A stretch of 64,000 nt of DNA from an uncultured Gemmatimonadales bacterium (GTDB lineage: Bacteria > Gemmatimonadota > Gemmatimonadetes > Gemmatimonadales > GWC2-71-9), in assembly GCA_963730185.1 (NCBI GenBank), contig CAVSQW010000005.1:32001-96000 (forward strand), written 5' to 3'. The notes under the pieces were generated by a model. It ran no database searches. It was not told the origin of the DNA and was given only the letters and a program-made list of their open reading frames with translations. The position numbers and the translations under genes are program-made. Shown here piece by piece: positions 18,243-30,238 of this stretch (its first letter is position 1; each line of letters begins with the position of its first letter).

Positions 18243-19733
18243 GTGGCCACGTCGATGATCGATACCCACCCGTTCCAAGCGGCGCGCGACGCGGGCCGGG
18301 AGCCGTTCAAGGTCAAGGACCTCCACGAGGCCCAGCTGGGCAGGCAGGAGATCCGGTTGGCCGAGCACGAGATGCCGGGGCTGATGGCGCTTCGGGCGGA
18401 GTACGCCGGGAAGAAGCCGCTGGCGGGCGCCCGGATCATGGGCTCGCTCCACATGACCGTGCAGACGGCCGTGCTGATCGAGACCCTGACCGACCTCGGC
18501 GCCGACGTGCGGTGGGTGTCGTGCAACATCTTCTCGACTCAGGACCACGCCGCGGCTGGAGTGGTGGTGGGGAAGAGCGGCACCATCGACGACCCAAAGG
18601 GGGTCCCGGTGTTCGCCTGGAAGGGCGAGACCCTCGAGGAGTACTGGTGGTGCACCGAGCAGGCGCTGATGTGGCCCGACGGCTCGGGCCCGAACCTCCT
18701 GCTCGACGACGGCGGCGACGCGACGCTGCTCATCCACAAGGGTGTGGAGTTCGAGAAGGCCGGCAAGATACCGGAGTTCGATCCCAACGCCGACCCCGAA
18801 GAATGGGGTGTGATCCTGAACGTGCTCCACCGATCCCTGGCCGAGGACAAGAGCCGGTGGACCCGGCTGGCGGTCGACATCCGGGGGGTGTCGGAGGAGA
18901 CCACCACCGGCGTGCACCGGCTCTACGAGATGATGAAGGCCGGGACGCTGCTCTTCCCCGCCATCAACGTCAACGACTCGGTGACCAAGTCGAAGTTCGA
19001 CAATCTGTACGGCTGCCGGCACTCACTCACCGACGGGATTCTTCGGGCCTCGGACGTGATGCTGGCCGGCAAAGTGGCGGTGATCTGCGGGTACGGCGAC
19101 GTTGGAAAGGGCTGCGCTCAGGCACTCAAGGGTCAGGGCGCTCGGGTGGTGGTCACCGAGATCGATCCGATCTGCGCCCTCCAGGCGGCGATGGAGGGCT
19201 ATCAGGTGACGGTGCTGGACGACGTGGTCGAGACGGCCGACATCTTCGTCACCGCCACCGGCAACAAGAACATCATCACTGCGGCGCACATGGTCCGGAT
19301 GAAGGACAAGGCCATCGTCGGAAACATCGGCCACTTCGACAACGAGATCGACATGGCCGGTCTCAAGAAGGTGAAGGGGGTCAAGCGGGTCAACATCAAG
19401 CCGCAGTTCGACGAATGGGTATTCCCGAACGGGAGGAGCGTGCTGATCCTGGCCGAGGGGCGGCTCCTCAACCTGGGATGCGCCACCGGGCATCCGAGCT
19501 TCGTGATGTCGTCGAGCTTCACCAACCAGGTGATGGCCCAGATCGAGCTGCACCAGAAGGCCGCCACCTACGAGAAGAAGGTCTACGTGCTCCCCAAGCA
19601 TCTCGATGAGAAGGTCGCTCGGCTCCATCTCGAGAAGCTGGGGGTCAAGCTCACCCAGCTCTCGAAGGACCAGGCGGACTACATCGGGGTGCCGGTCGGC
19701 GGGCCGTACAAGCCGGAGCACTACCGCTACTAG
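18243..19733 (+). CDS. ahcY: Adenosylhomocysteinase (SAH hydrolase)
   Basis: [56 protein letters not shown] and KPEHYRY motifs; GTG at 18243 follows GGAGAGG. Confidence 0.97.
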   Translation: MATSMIDTHPFQAARDAGREPFKVKDLHEAQLGRQEIRLAEHEMPGLMALRAEYAGKKPLAGARIMGSLHMTVQTAVLIETLTDLGADVRWVSCNIFSTQDHAAAGVVVGKSGTIDDPKGVPVFAWKGETLEEYWWCTEQALMWPDGSGPNLLLDDGGDATLLIHKGVEFEKAGKIPEFDPNADPEEWGVILNVLHRSLAEDKSRWTRLAVDIRGVSEETTTGVHRLYEMMKAGTLLFPAINVNDSVTKSKFDNLYGCRHSLTDGILRASDVMLAGKVAVICGYGDVGKGCAQALKGQGARVVVTEIDPICALQAAMEGYQVTVLDDVVETADIFVTATGNKNIITAAHMVRMKDKAIVGNIGHFDNEIDMAGLKKVKGVKRVNIKPQFDEWVFPNGRSVLILAEGRLLNLGCATGHPSFVMSSSFTNQVMAQIELHQKAATYEKKVYVLPKHLDEKVARLHLEKLGVKLTQLSKDQADYIGVPVGGPYKPEHYRY

Positions 19734-19846
19734 CCGGAGGATGAGTGGCAGACGGCGGGGCGGGGCCTTGGAGCCGCGGGCGCTGGTGAAACACGGGCAG
19801 CCGACGCGAACGTAAGGGTGGGCCTCCCGCACGCTGGAGAGCGGTC

Positions 19847-20545
19847 GTGCAGAAGCTCCTTCGTTGGCTCTTCGATTGGGCCAAGACGATCACGGTGTCG
19901 CTGATCGTCTGGTTCGTGATGAGCAGTTTGGTGCTCCAGGCCTTCCGGATCACGTCGTCGAGCATGGTGAACACCGTGCTGGTCGGCGACGTGCTCTTCG
20001 TCAACAAGCTCCTCTACGGAGCCGAGGTGCCGCTGATCCACAAGCGGCTGCCGGCCATCCGCTCCCCCCGCCATGGCGACATCGTCACCTTCCGATCGGT
20101 GGAGGAAGCGGACCTCGACGTGGTCAAGCGGCTGATCGGTGAGCCGGGCGACACCCTGGCCATGCGGGAAGGCATGCTCGTTCGGAACGGGCACGTGGTG
20201 GACGAGCCCTGGATCCTGCCCGGGCATCGAATCCAGCCTTCCGACGCCGGCGGCCGTGAGAAGATGCGAGCCTGGCAGGTCCACTACTTGGTTGGTCGTG
20301 ACACGGCCGGGTACGCCCCCGACCCCAACAACTGGGGCCCGATCGTCGTGCCGCCGGACTCGTTCTTCATGATGGGCGACAACCGCGCCGACTCGTGGGA
20401 CAGCCGCTACTGGGGATTCCTGCCGCGGGACCACATGACCGGCAAGGCCGAGGTGGTGTACTACAGCTACGACCCGGACACCTACAAGCCGATGCCGGTG
20501 CTGAGCAACATCCGCTGGCGGCGGATCTTCACGCTGGTGCGGTAA
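19847..20545 (+). CDS. lepB: Signal peptidase I
   Basis: One TM segment, SSSM (catalytic Ser), VVKRLIG (Lys), MGDNRADSWDSRYWG. Confidence 0.92.
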   Translation: MQKLLRWLFDWAKTITVSLIVWFVMSSLVLQAFRITSSSMVNTVLVGDVLFVNKLLYGAEVPLIHKRLPAIRSPRHGDIVTFRSVEEADLDVVKRLIGEPGDTLAMREGMLVRNGHVVDEPWILPGHRIQPSDAGGREKMRAWQVHYLVGRDTAGYAPDPNNWGPIVVPPDSFFMMGDNRADSWDSRYWGFLPRDHMTGKAEVVYYSYDPDTYKPMPVLSNIRWRRIFTLVR

Positions 20546-20548
20546 GGG

Positions 20549-21679
20549 TCAGGGCCGGGCGGCGGCCGCGGCCCGGAGATCGATCGCGCCCCGGGTCACG
20601 AGGTCCCAGTAGGAGACCCCCTCCGGGTTGGCCGTGATCCTGAGGAAGTCCTTGACGTTCTCGGCCAGCTGGACGCTGGCATAGCCCGGCACCGCCTGGG
20701 GGTGCGGCTGCCCCATCACCCCGCCGAAATAGCTCCGGATGACCAGTGCCGGATCGGACCAGGGGAGCGCCCGCATGTTCTCGACGTAGCGGCGGAAGGT
20801 GCCCTGGCGGAAGAGGTAGAACTCGACGTTCGAGGTGTAGAAGAGGCTCACCCCGAGGTGGTGGCCCTGGAGAAAGGCCGCGATGCCTTTGAGCGCCCGG
20901 CGCCCTCCGAAATCTCCCACCAACGGAATGACCCGACCTCGCCGCTCCAGATCGCGGAGGAACTGATAGTCGTCCTCGCGGGCCAGGAAATTGGCCTGCT
21001 TGCCGCTCAGGTCTTTCTCCAGGTAGAGCTGCCGGATCGTGGGGTAGTACGACCGGGGGCCCCGCCCGTAGCTCGTGAACCGGAGATCGAGCCCCGACCG
21101 GGTGAATTCGTCGTGGAAGCGGCTGAGGGTGGCCAGGTCGGCACTGCCCAGCGGGATGCCATAGCCCCGGATTCGTTCCACCAGCAACTTGTGGTCACGC
21201 TGGTGCCGAATCGTGTCGGCCGGAGTGGCATCGATGTAGGCGATCAGGTCGTTGAGCGATCGCGAGTTCCAGGCCTGGGGATTGGCCGGCACGGGCCGGC
21301 CGAACAACAGGCACATGAACTCGAGCCGGTTACGGGACGACTCGAAGACCGACTTGAAAAGGAGATGCAGCAGCTGGTTGTCGCGCCGGAGGTCGAGTAT
21401 GAAGGCGATCTCGGGGCGTGACGCGGTGATGTACGAGAAGTTCTGGTCGGGCCCAACCCCGAGGTAGGCGCCCCCCTTCACGCCGACGGACCGGATGGCC
21501 CCGATGACGTGGAGGTAGGAGGCTTCGTTGCTGATCAGGTTGTCGGTGTCGAAGTAGCCGCCGGACTCGGAGAGCTGCTGGACCAGCCGGGCGAACGGGA
21601 CCGAGTCCCCAAGTTGGGCAGGCGGCGGAGCGACAGGGAGCGGCCCGGCGAGCCGGAGCGCCAGGATCAGCGCGAGCAT
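20549..21679 (-). CDS. Exported hypothetical protein, possibly with a methyltransferase-like fold
   Basis: Signal peptide; YLGVGPDQNF, FILD, LVGDFGG and FYTSNVEFYL motifs; coherent protein-like composition. Confidence 0.65.
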   Translation of the reverse strand: MLALILALRLAGPLPVAPPPAQLGDSVPFARLVQQLSESGGYFDTDNLISNEASYLHVIGAIRSVGVKGGAYLGVGPDQNFSYITASRPEIAFILDLRRDNQLLHLLFKSVFESSRNRLEFMCLLFGRPVPANPQAWNSRSLNDLIAYIDATPADTIRHQRDHKLLVERIRGYGIPLGSADLATLSRFHDEFTRSGLDLRFTSYGRGPRSYYPTIRQLYLEKDLSGKQANFLAREDDYQFLRDLERRGRVIPLVGDFGGRRALKGIAAFLQGHHLGVSLFYTSNVEFYLFRQGTFRRYVENMRALPWSDPALVIRSYFGGVMGQPHPQAVPGYASVQLAENVKDFLRITANPEGVSYWDLVTRGAIDLRAAAAARP

Positions 21680-21720
21680 GTGCTCATGCTAACCCCGGCC
21701 GGACCGCGCCGTCCACTCGG

Positions 21721-22287
21721 TCACTCCTTGGCGCGGTCGAGGTACTCGCCGGTGGACGGGTTGACCCGGACCTTGTCACCGGTCTGGATGAACTCCGGCA
21801 CATTGACGGTGATTCCGTTGTTGAGCGTGGCCGGCTTCGGCGAGGAGGTCTTGGTGGCGGTCTTGAGCGGGGGCGCGGTCTCGGTCACCTCGAGCACCAG
21901 GGCGCTCGGCAGCTGGATCCCGATCGGACGACCCTCGTAGAACTCGGCCATGATCCGCATTCCCTCGGTCATCCACTTCGCGCTGTCGCCGAGATCCTCC
22001 TCGACCACCTCGAGCTGGTCGTAATTCTCGGCATTCATGAAGTGGTAGGTGTCGCCGCCCTTGTAGAGGAAGTCCAGCTCGTGGGTCTCGAGATTGGCGA
22101 TCTCCACCGAGTCGGTAGCCCGGAACCGGTGCTCGAACTGGATCCCGGTGCGGAGCTTCCGAAGCTTGGCCTGAACCAGGGCCCGAAGGTTGCCTGGCGT
22201 GTGGTGGTGGAAGTCCAGCACCCGACAGGGCTCGCCATTCAACATGACGGCCATGCCACGGCGGATATTGCTCGCAACGATGCTCAT
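21721..22287 (-). CDS. efp: Translation elongation factor P (loop PGN instead of PGK)
   Basis: IRRGMAV, HHHTPGNLRALVQAKLR, YHFMNAENYDQ, KPATLNNGITVNVPEFI and YLDR motifs. Confidence 0.95.
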   Translation of the reverse strand: MSIVASNIRRGMAVMLNGEPCRVLDFHHHTPGNLRALVQAKLRKLRTGIQFEHRFRATDSVEIANLETHELDFLYKGGDTYHFMNAENYDQLEVVEEDLGDSAKWMTEGMRIMAEFYEGRPIGIQLPSALVLEVTETAPPLKTATKTSSPKPATLNNGITVNVPEFIQTGDKVRVNPSTGEYLDRAKE

Positions 22288-22528
22288 GCCGACCCGACCC
22301 GTACGAAGAGATGAAGAGAATCCGAGGCCGGGCCCCGTCCATTGGTCCAGCCCCGGCTGCCCCATTCTCAGGCAGCCAGGCAATTTAGCCCTCCGGACCC
22401 GGCTGAGCCACCCGATGCCCGGCAGCCTCCGATGGATGGCCGGGCCGTCCCCGGCGGCGCCAATCCAGGGAACAGCGCCGGGGCCGGGAACGCTTGACCG
22501 GCCGCTCCCGATCCCGGAAACTTGAGGA

Positions 22529-24562
<2,034 letters not shown>

Positions 24563-24583
24563 GAGACGCCGGCGCCGGCCGGC

Positions 24584-25078
24584 CTACCGGTGGTTGGCGG
24601 CCACCACCCGACCCCGAAGCGACGCGTCGATCTCCGCCTGCGTAAACCGGCGAGGCAAAGGGTGTGCCTCACCCGCCTCCCGGGTCGGCACGTCGACGGC
24701 GAGCACCTTGGTGCCGGAGACCTGGACCATGGCCTGGGCCACGTCGTCCTTGCCCTGCGACACCGTCAGGATCAGGCTCCACTCCCCGGTCGTTCCCCAG
24801 AGGTTCTTGAGGGCGTAGACGCCTTCCCGCGAGGTCCGCTCGAACCGGAGCGGTACCGACCGGCGTTGCCCGTCCACGATGCCCTCCGCCGTGCCGCTCA
24901 CTGGGAAGTTGACCGGCGTCCCGTGGTGAAAGGCGTGGACCAGCAGGAAGGCGCCCCGGGTGGAGGCATCCCAGGGATTGACCGGCGTCTCGATCGAAAT
25001 CCAGGGCGGCCCCGCCAGCACGGGCGAGGCGATGGTCAACGCGGCGACGAGCGGAACGAGACTCCTGAGCTGGCGCAT
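24584..25078 (-). CDS. Exported hypothetical protein, last gene of the ECF operon
   Basis: Signal peptide MRQLRSLVPLVAALTIASPVLA; GGAG RBS. Confidence 0.65.
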   Translation of the reverse strand: MRQLRSLVPLVAALTIASPVLAGPPWISIETPVNPWDASTRGAFLLVHAFHHGTPVNFPVSGTAEGIVDGQRRSVPLRFERTSREGVYALKNLWGTTGEWSLILTVSQGKDDVAQAMVQVSGTKVLAVDVPTREAGEAHPLPRRFTQAEIDASLRGRVVAANHR

Positions 25079-25109
25079 GGCGAATCTCCGAGCGTGAGGG
25101 AACACCCGT

Positions 25110-26012
25110 TCAGATGCCGCTCGGCCCCTCCCGGTTGGTATCGATTCGGATGGTTCCCTTGAAGCTCCGCACCGACACCAGGCCGGCCCGACCGGTGCCG
25201 GCGCTGGCCCCGACCGAGAACTGGGCGGCGCCGTCGGGGTAGACCCGATCGGGGCGATCGAAGAGACGGGTTACGATCTTCCCGGCGATCGAGCTCAAGT
25301 CGAACCGGGCGTCCACCGGCGCCGGCAGGGTGACGTGGACGTCGCCGTCGTGGGTCTGGACCTCGAGGCGGCCGCCGCCCGCCACGCTGGTGCGAACGGT
25401 CACCGGCCCCGAGACGGATTCCGCCCGCGCCGACAGAACCTCGGCGCCGGTGATGGTGATCGACCCCTGGACCGTGGTGACCGCCAGGTCGCCCCGGGCG
25501 CCGACGATCTCGGCCTTGCCACCACCGGTCCGGACCCGGACGACCGTAGTCGGCCCCTCGATGCGGACGTCGCCGTCGATGGTCTCGATGGTGGCCACCC
25601 GGGCGGCGCCGACCAGCCGCACCGAGCCCAACACGGTGGTGACCTCGACCTCTCCGGTGAGGCCGCTCAGCTCCACCGGCGCGGTCGAGCTCTTGATCCA
25701 GACCCGGGCCTCACGGGGCACCCGCACGGTGAGCTCGGCGCCGGCCTCGGCGCCGGGATTCTGACCTTCGAGGCCCAGCTTGGCGATCCGCCCCCTGCCG
25801 CCCCCATAGAGCCGACCACCACCCGGGGCGACGGCGGCGAGAACGTCGATGGAATCGCGGGCCCACCCGGACACGGTGATCCGGCCCACCAGATTCTGGA
25901 TTCGGAGGGCCACGTCGGGCGCGACGGGATAGCCCGTGTGCCGGTGTTCCTGCGCGGCGAGCGGCACGGCGGCCGCGGCCGCCAGGCATCCGAGCAGCCC
26001 CAACCATCGCAT
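25110..26012 (-). CDS. DUF4097 family beta-strand repeat protein
   Basis: Signal peptide; repeated T/S-x-x-G-x-V strands; ITVSGWARDSI motif. Confidence 0.8.
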   Translation of the reverse strand: MRWLGLLGCLAAAAAVPLAAQEHRHTGYPVAPDVALRIQNLVGRITVSGWARDSIDVLAAVAPGGGRLYGGGRGRIAKLGLEGQNPGAEAGAELTVRVPREARVWIKSSTAPVELSGLTGEVEVTTVLGSVRLVGAARVATIETIDGDVRIEGPTTVVRVRTGGGKAEIVGARGDLAVTTVQGSITITGAEVLSARAESVSGPVTVRTSVAGGGRLEVQTHDGDVHVTLPAPVDARFDLSSIAGKIVTRLFDRPDRVYPDGAAQFSVGASAGTGRAGLVSVRSFKGTIRIDTNREGPSGI

Positions 26013-26016
26013 CGAG

Positions 26017-26628
26017 TCACCCACCCTGATCGACGGAGGACGCCCGCTGGAGGAAGTCGACCTTCTGCCGGTAGGCCGCCAGGACCACGGCCTCGAGGGC
26101 CGGATTGGCCGGGTCCCGGTCCAAGGCGTCCCGCGCCTCGCCCAGGGCCTTCTCGATCGTGGCGAGGTTGCGCTCCAGGACGGCCCGGGTCTGGGGGCTC
26201 AGCGAGTCGCGTCGGCGAGAGTAGAGCGTCGACAGCTGGACGGCGGCCTGCATGTAGCGCGCTTCGGCGGCCGAGAAGGCATTCGGCGCGGCCTCGGGCG
26301 GCTCGGGCCGGGTCAGGGTCGCCGTGAGCGCGGCACTTCCCCCCACGAGCACCAGGGCGGCGGCGACCAGCGCCCAGACGGGCACCATTACCCGGCGGGC
26401 GCCGCCGAAGCGGCGGAGGCGGGGCGCGATGCCTCGCCAGAGATCGGCCGGGGGCTCGATCCGCCGGGGCAGCGCCGCGAGCGCGGGCCCGAGCCGGGTC
26501 AACGCATCGAGGTCGGCCCGGCAGTCGGGGCATTCCGCCAGATGGCCGGCGACCTGCGCGCGCTCGGCTCGATCGAGCCTGCCCTCGTCGTAGCCCTGAA
26601 GGCGATCGCGGACCTGGTCGCAGGTCAT
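26017..26628 (-). CDS. Anti-sigma factor with zf-HC2 domain and TM helix
   Basis: MTCDQVRDRL...HLAECPDC; ATGA overlap with the sigma stop codon. Confidence 0.88.
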   Translation of the reverse strand: MTCDQVRDRLQGYDEGRLDRAERAQVAGHLAECPDCRADLDALTRLGPALAALPRRIEPPADLWRGIAPRLRRFGGARRVMVPVWALVAAALVLVGGSAALTATLTRPEPPEAAPNAFSAAEARYMQAAVQLSTLYSRRRDSLSPQTRAVLERNLATIEKALGEARDALDRDPANPALEAVVLAAYRQKVDFLQRASSVDQGG

Positions 26629-27173
26629 CGGTCGAGCGCCTCTCGGAGGAGACGTCGGGCACGGAAGAGCTGGGCCTTGCTGGTCCCCACCGCGATGCCG
26701 GTCATCGACGCGATCTCGTCGTGGCCGTATCCCTCGACGTCGAACAGCACAAACACGGTTCGGGCGCCGGGAGGCAGGGTGGCAATGGCCGACTCGAGGT
26801 CGAGCCGCACTCCGGGCGCGGCGGCTCGGGTGGCCGGGGCCAGATCGACCAGGTCTCCATCGGGGCGAACCCGACGGACCCGACGCCAAGTGCTCCGGCG
26901 GTCGGACAGGATGACGTTCACCGCCAGGCGGTAGAGCCAGGTTCCGAAGCTGCTCTCCGCCCGGAACGACCCGAGCCGCTCCCAGGCCCGGACGAAGACG
27001 TCCTGGGTGAGCTCGCCGGCGTGCTCCGGATCGTCCGCCAAGCGGCGGGCGAGCGCAAAGACCCGGCCGACGTGGGCCCGGTAGAGGGACTCGAAGGCGC
27101 GGTCATCGCCGCCCTGCGCAGCCGCGACGAGGGAAGCCTCGGGCGGCGGCGCAGGGTCGTCGACGACGCCCAT
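26625..27173 (-). CDS. ECF RNA polymerase sigma factor
   Basis: GDDRAFESLY, ELTQDVFVRAW, FGTWLYRLAVN and region 4 EIASMTGIAVGTSKAQLFRAR. Confidence 0.93.
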   Translation of the reverse strand: MGVVDDPAPPPEASLVAAAQGGDDRAFESLYRAHVGRVFALARRLADDPEHAGELTQDVFVRAWERLGSFRAESSFGTWLYRLAVNVILSDRRSTWRRVRRVRPDGDLVDLAPATRAAAPGVRLDLESAIATLPPGARTVFVLFDVEGYGHDEIASMTGIAVGTSKAQLFRARRLLREALDR

Positions 27174-27202
27174 CCAGAGGGGGCGAGAAAGGCTCCACGT
27201 GG

Positions 27203-28534
27203 TCACGCCGGTTCGACGTCACCCGGGGTCGGAGGGTTTGAACGGGGACCGGAGGCGGGGGCGGTGACGGGTGCCGGCCGTTCCCGGAAGAAGATCAGGA
27301 ACGCGATCCCGGCCGCGAGGCCGATGTAGGCCACGACCCGCCAGAGCGCCGCGAAATCGAGCCCCCCACCGGGAAGGGCGTACACCTCGGCCAGCCAACC
27401 CGAGAGGATCCCGCCCAGAACCGGGCCCCCACCCAGGATGAGAATGCCGAAAACGGTCTGGACCGAGTGGCGAGCGTCGGGTGGCGCCACCCGGTCGGCG
27501 TAGATGAAGCCGGCCGCGAAGAAGCAGGCGTAGCAGACCCCGTGGAGCGCCTGACTCGCCACCTGAATCTCGACCGGGAGCGTGGGGATCCCCCAAATCA
27601 TGTAGCGAACGAAGTAGGCCAGGGCGCCGACCGCGATCACGATCCGGAATCCGACTTTGGCGAGGAGCAGGCCGAGCCCAGCCATGACCAGGATCTCGCT
27701 GAACTGGCCGATGGTCATGGCCGGGCCGATCTGGCTGTCGAGAAGACCGAGGTGCGAGAGGAAGGGCGGCGTCTGGATGAAGTACACCTGGTGGATCACG
27801 CTGATCGGGAGACTGACGGCGACCAGCACTGCGAACGAGGGCTCGCGGAGGAGCCGGAAGGCCTTCGCGAAGGCCAGCGGCTCCACCCCATCCCGCTTGG
27901 GTGGCGTGTGGGGCAGCAGGAAAAGGCAGTAGGCCGCGTACCCCCACGAGATGATGGCCGCGAAGCGAAGCGAATCGGCCAGCCGGGCCGTGACGTGGGC
28001 CTTCTCGGGACCAACCAGAAAGGGAGGCATCCAAGTGAGGTGCAGGTTGCTCTGGAGGTAGAGCATCGGGAAGACCCAGCTGGCCACGATCCAGCCGATG
28101 GTGCCCCAGACCCGAACCTTCGGGAACTCCCGGTCGCGGTCGGTCAAGTTCGCGAACGCCATCGAGTTCGACAGCGCCAGCGTGGGCATGTAGACCACAC
28201 CGTAGGCGATCGACAGCCAGAGCCAGGCCCCATAGCTGGTTTGGGAGGCGGTGATCCACTTCACGAAGCCACCCACGATCAAGAGGAGTGCGAGGAAGCG
28301 CTCGGTGCTGAAATACCGGTCGGCCAGCTGGCCCGCGATGAAGGGCGAGGCGATGGCACCGATCGAGCCGGCCAGGCCGAGGATCAGGCCGATCTGGCCG
28401 CCGGTGAAGCCCAGACCGCCCTCGGAGGGCTGTGCGGAGAGGTAGCGGGCGGCGAGCGGAAGCCAAGCGCCCCAGACCGCGTACTGCAGAAGCATCATGG
28501 CGGAGAGGCGCGTGGCAGGCGATTTGGTAGTCAT
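27203..28534 (-). CDS. MFS transporter, nucleoside:H+ symporter (NupG/XapB/YegT) family
   Basis: LSAMMLLQYAVWGAW, GQLADRYF, YMPTLALSNS, RVWGTIGW and GQFSEI motifs. Confidence 0.9.
   Translation of the reverse strand: MTTKSPATRLSAMMLLQYAVWGAWLPLAARYLSAQPSEGGLGFTGGQIGLILGLAGSIGAIASPFIAGQLADRYFSTERFLALLLIVGGFVKWITASQTSYGAWLWLSIAYGVVYMPTLALSNSMAFANLTDRDREFPKVRVWGTIGWIVASWVFPMLYLQSNLHLTWMPPFLVGPEKAHVTARLADSLRFAAIISWGYAAYCLFLLPHTPPKRDGVEPLAFAKAFRLLREPSFAVLVAVSLPISVIHQVYFIQTPPFLSHLGLLDSQIGPAMTIGQFSEILVMAGLGLLLAKVGFRIVIAVGALAYFVRYMIWGIPTLPVEIQVASQALHGVCYACFFAAGFIYADRVAPPDARHSVQTVFGILILGGGPVLGGILSGWLAEVYALPGGGLDFAALWRVVAYIGLAAGIAFLIFFRERPAPVTAPASGPRSNPPTPGDVEPA
27215..27240 (-). promoter_or_regulatory. 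Putative autoregulatory ECF promoter (CAAAC-N17-CGTC) inside the MFS 3' end
   Basis: Directly upstream of the ECF sigma gene; ECF sigma factors commonly autoregulate. Confidence 0.55.
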
Positions 28535-28915
28535 AAGTAAAGGAGTAGTTATTTATATACTGTATCTACTTTAGAGACAGACACATAGGATCGCTACTTC
28601 GCGCTCACGATCGCCCGCACCGGCGCCGATTCGCCCGGGTCCCGACTTCAGACGAGCAAGCTGGCAACGGCCGAGCCCAGCGCAGGTCGCGGGAAAGTCA
28701 GTGGCGCCGACCGACGGGAGGGTCGCGGCGCGGGTCGCGTCGTGAAATAATGCTGGCTGAATCGGTCGCAGTGCGTCCACCCTTCTTCGAGGGTCGACCA
28801 GACGAGGCGTCTACAATCCGCCCCGACGGACCCCAGCGCAAGGGCCCCGACCGCTGTCGGCCGGCCCGATGGCTCGGTACAATTATCGATCCCGAAATCC
28901 AAGGACCATTCCTTC

Positions 28916-30237
28916 ATGGCCCCTTTGTCCGACCGGCGGGAGTTCCTGCGCCGGACCGCCGCCTTCACTCTGGCGAGCGGGCTCTTGCCGATCGGCGAGA
29001 CCAACGCCGCCATCGCCGCCCGGCGTCGGGCGCCGCTTCCCGTCGTCGGCGCGGTCAGCCGGCCGTGGGCCGACGAGCCCGTGAACCTCGGCGTGATCGG
29101 CACCGGCGGCATGGGAACGGGCCACGTCGACGCGTTCCTCGCCCTCGCCAAGGATGGCCGAGCCAACGTGCGGGTGGCGGCGCTGGCCGACGTTTGCCGC
29201 CCCCGGCTCGACGCCGCCCAGGCCAAGATTGAGGCGGCGCAGGGCACCGGCACCGTGGCGGTCCACTTCGCCGACTACCCCGGCCTCCTGGCGCGGAAGG
29301 ACATCCACGGCGTGGTGATCGCCGTGCCGGAGCACTGGCACGCGCGAATCGCGGAGGATGCAATCGCCGCGGGTAAGGCCGTGTATCTCGAAAAGCCGAT
29401 GACGCTCCGGTTGGAGGATGCCTTCCGCCTGCTCGAGCTGGTGAAGGCGAATCCCGCCGCGCTGGTGAACGTCGGCACGCAGTTCGTGATGTCGCCGAGC
29501 TACCGAAACGCCAAGGACTTGATCGCCAAGGGGGCGATCGGGAAGCCGGTCTGGAGCCAGACCAGCTACTGCCGGAATTCCCTCGAAGGCGAGTGGCTCT
29601 ACTACGAGATCGACCCGGCCTGGAAGCCGGGCGAAAACCTCGACTGGAAGCAGTGGTGCGGCCCCCTGGGCGACGCCCCCTGGGACCCGGAGGTCTATGC
29701 CCGGTGGCGGCGCTACCGGAAGTACTCGACCGGGATCATCGGCGATCTTCTGGTGCACCGGATGGCGCCCCTGGTGATGGCGCTGGACGTCGGGTGGCCG
29801 GTCCGGGTGGTGGCGTCGGGTGGTCACTACGTCGACCAGAAGATGGAGAACCACGACCAGGTCAACCTCAACGTCGAGTTCGAGGGCGGCCACACCATGG
29901 TCGTGGCCGGCTCGACGGCGAACGAGCTCGGGCTCGAGACCGTGATCCGGGGTCACAAGGCCAACCTGTACGTCAACGGTCGCCAGGCCCTGATCCGACC
30001 CGAGCGCCTCTACGCCGACGAGATCGACGAGCAGCTGATTGACGGTGAGGACCTGGGTGACGAGCAGGACCAGATGCGGATCCATTGGTCGGGGCGATCC
30101 GGAGCAAGGCGCCGGCGGCGAGCGGAGTGGAGCTCGGAGCGAAGGTGATGGTGATCGTGGACCTTGCCACCCGCTCGCTCTGGGAGGGCTCGGCGTTCGG
30201 GTTCGATCCGGCCGCGATGAAGGTCCGGAAGCTCTGA
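28916..30237 (+). CDS. Tat-exported Gfo/Idh/MocA oxidoreductase, with a 1-nt deletion near 30089
   Basis: DRREFL Tat motif, GVIGTGGMG, PEHWH, YLEKPM; a shifted frame gives ...GAIRSK...ELGAKVMVIVDLATRSLWEG...RKL with stop at 30237, 1 nt before apbE. Confidence 0.85.
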
Positions 30238-30238
30238 C

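Noticed and set aside
22469..22494. Further ECF-like promoters (GGAAC-N17-CGCT before the kinase; similar near 32920, 50210 and 57690)
   Set aside because: Mismatch in the -10 element or different spacing; could be chance.
28543..28580. dif site or LexA box in the AT-rich patch
   Set aside because: Poor match to XerC/XerD arms; the CTGT...ACAG spacing is not 8 nt.
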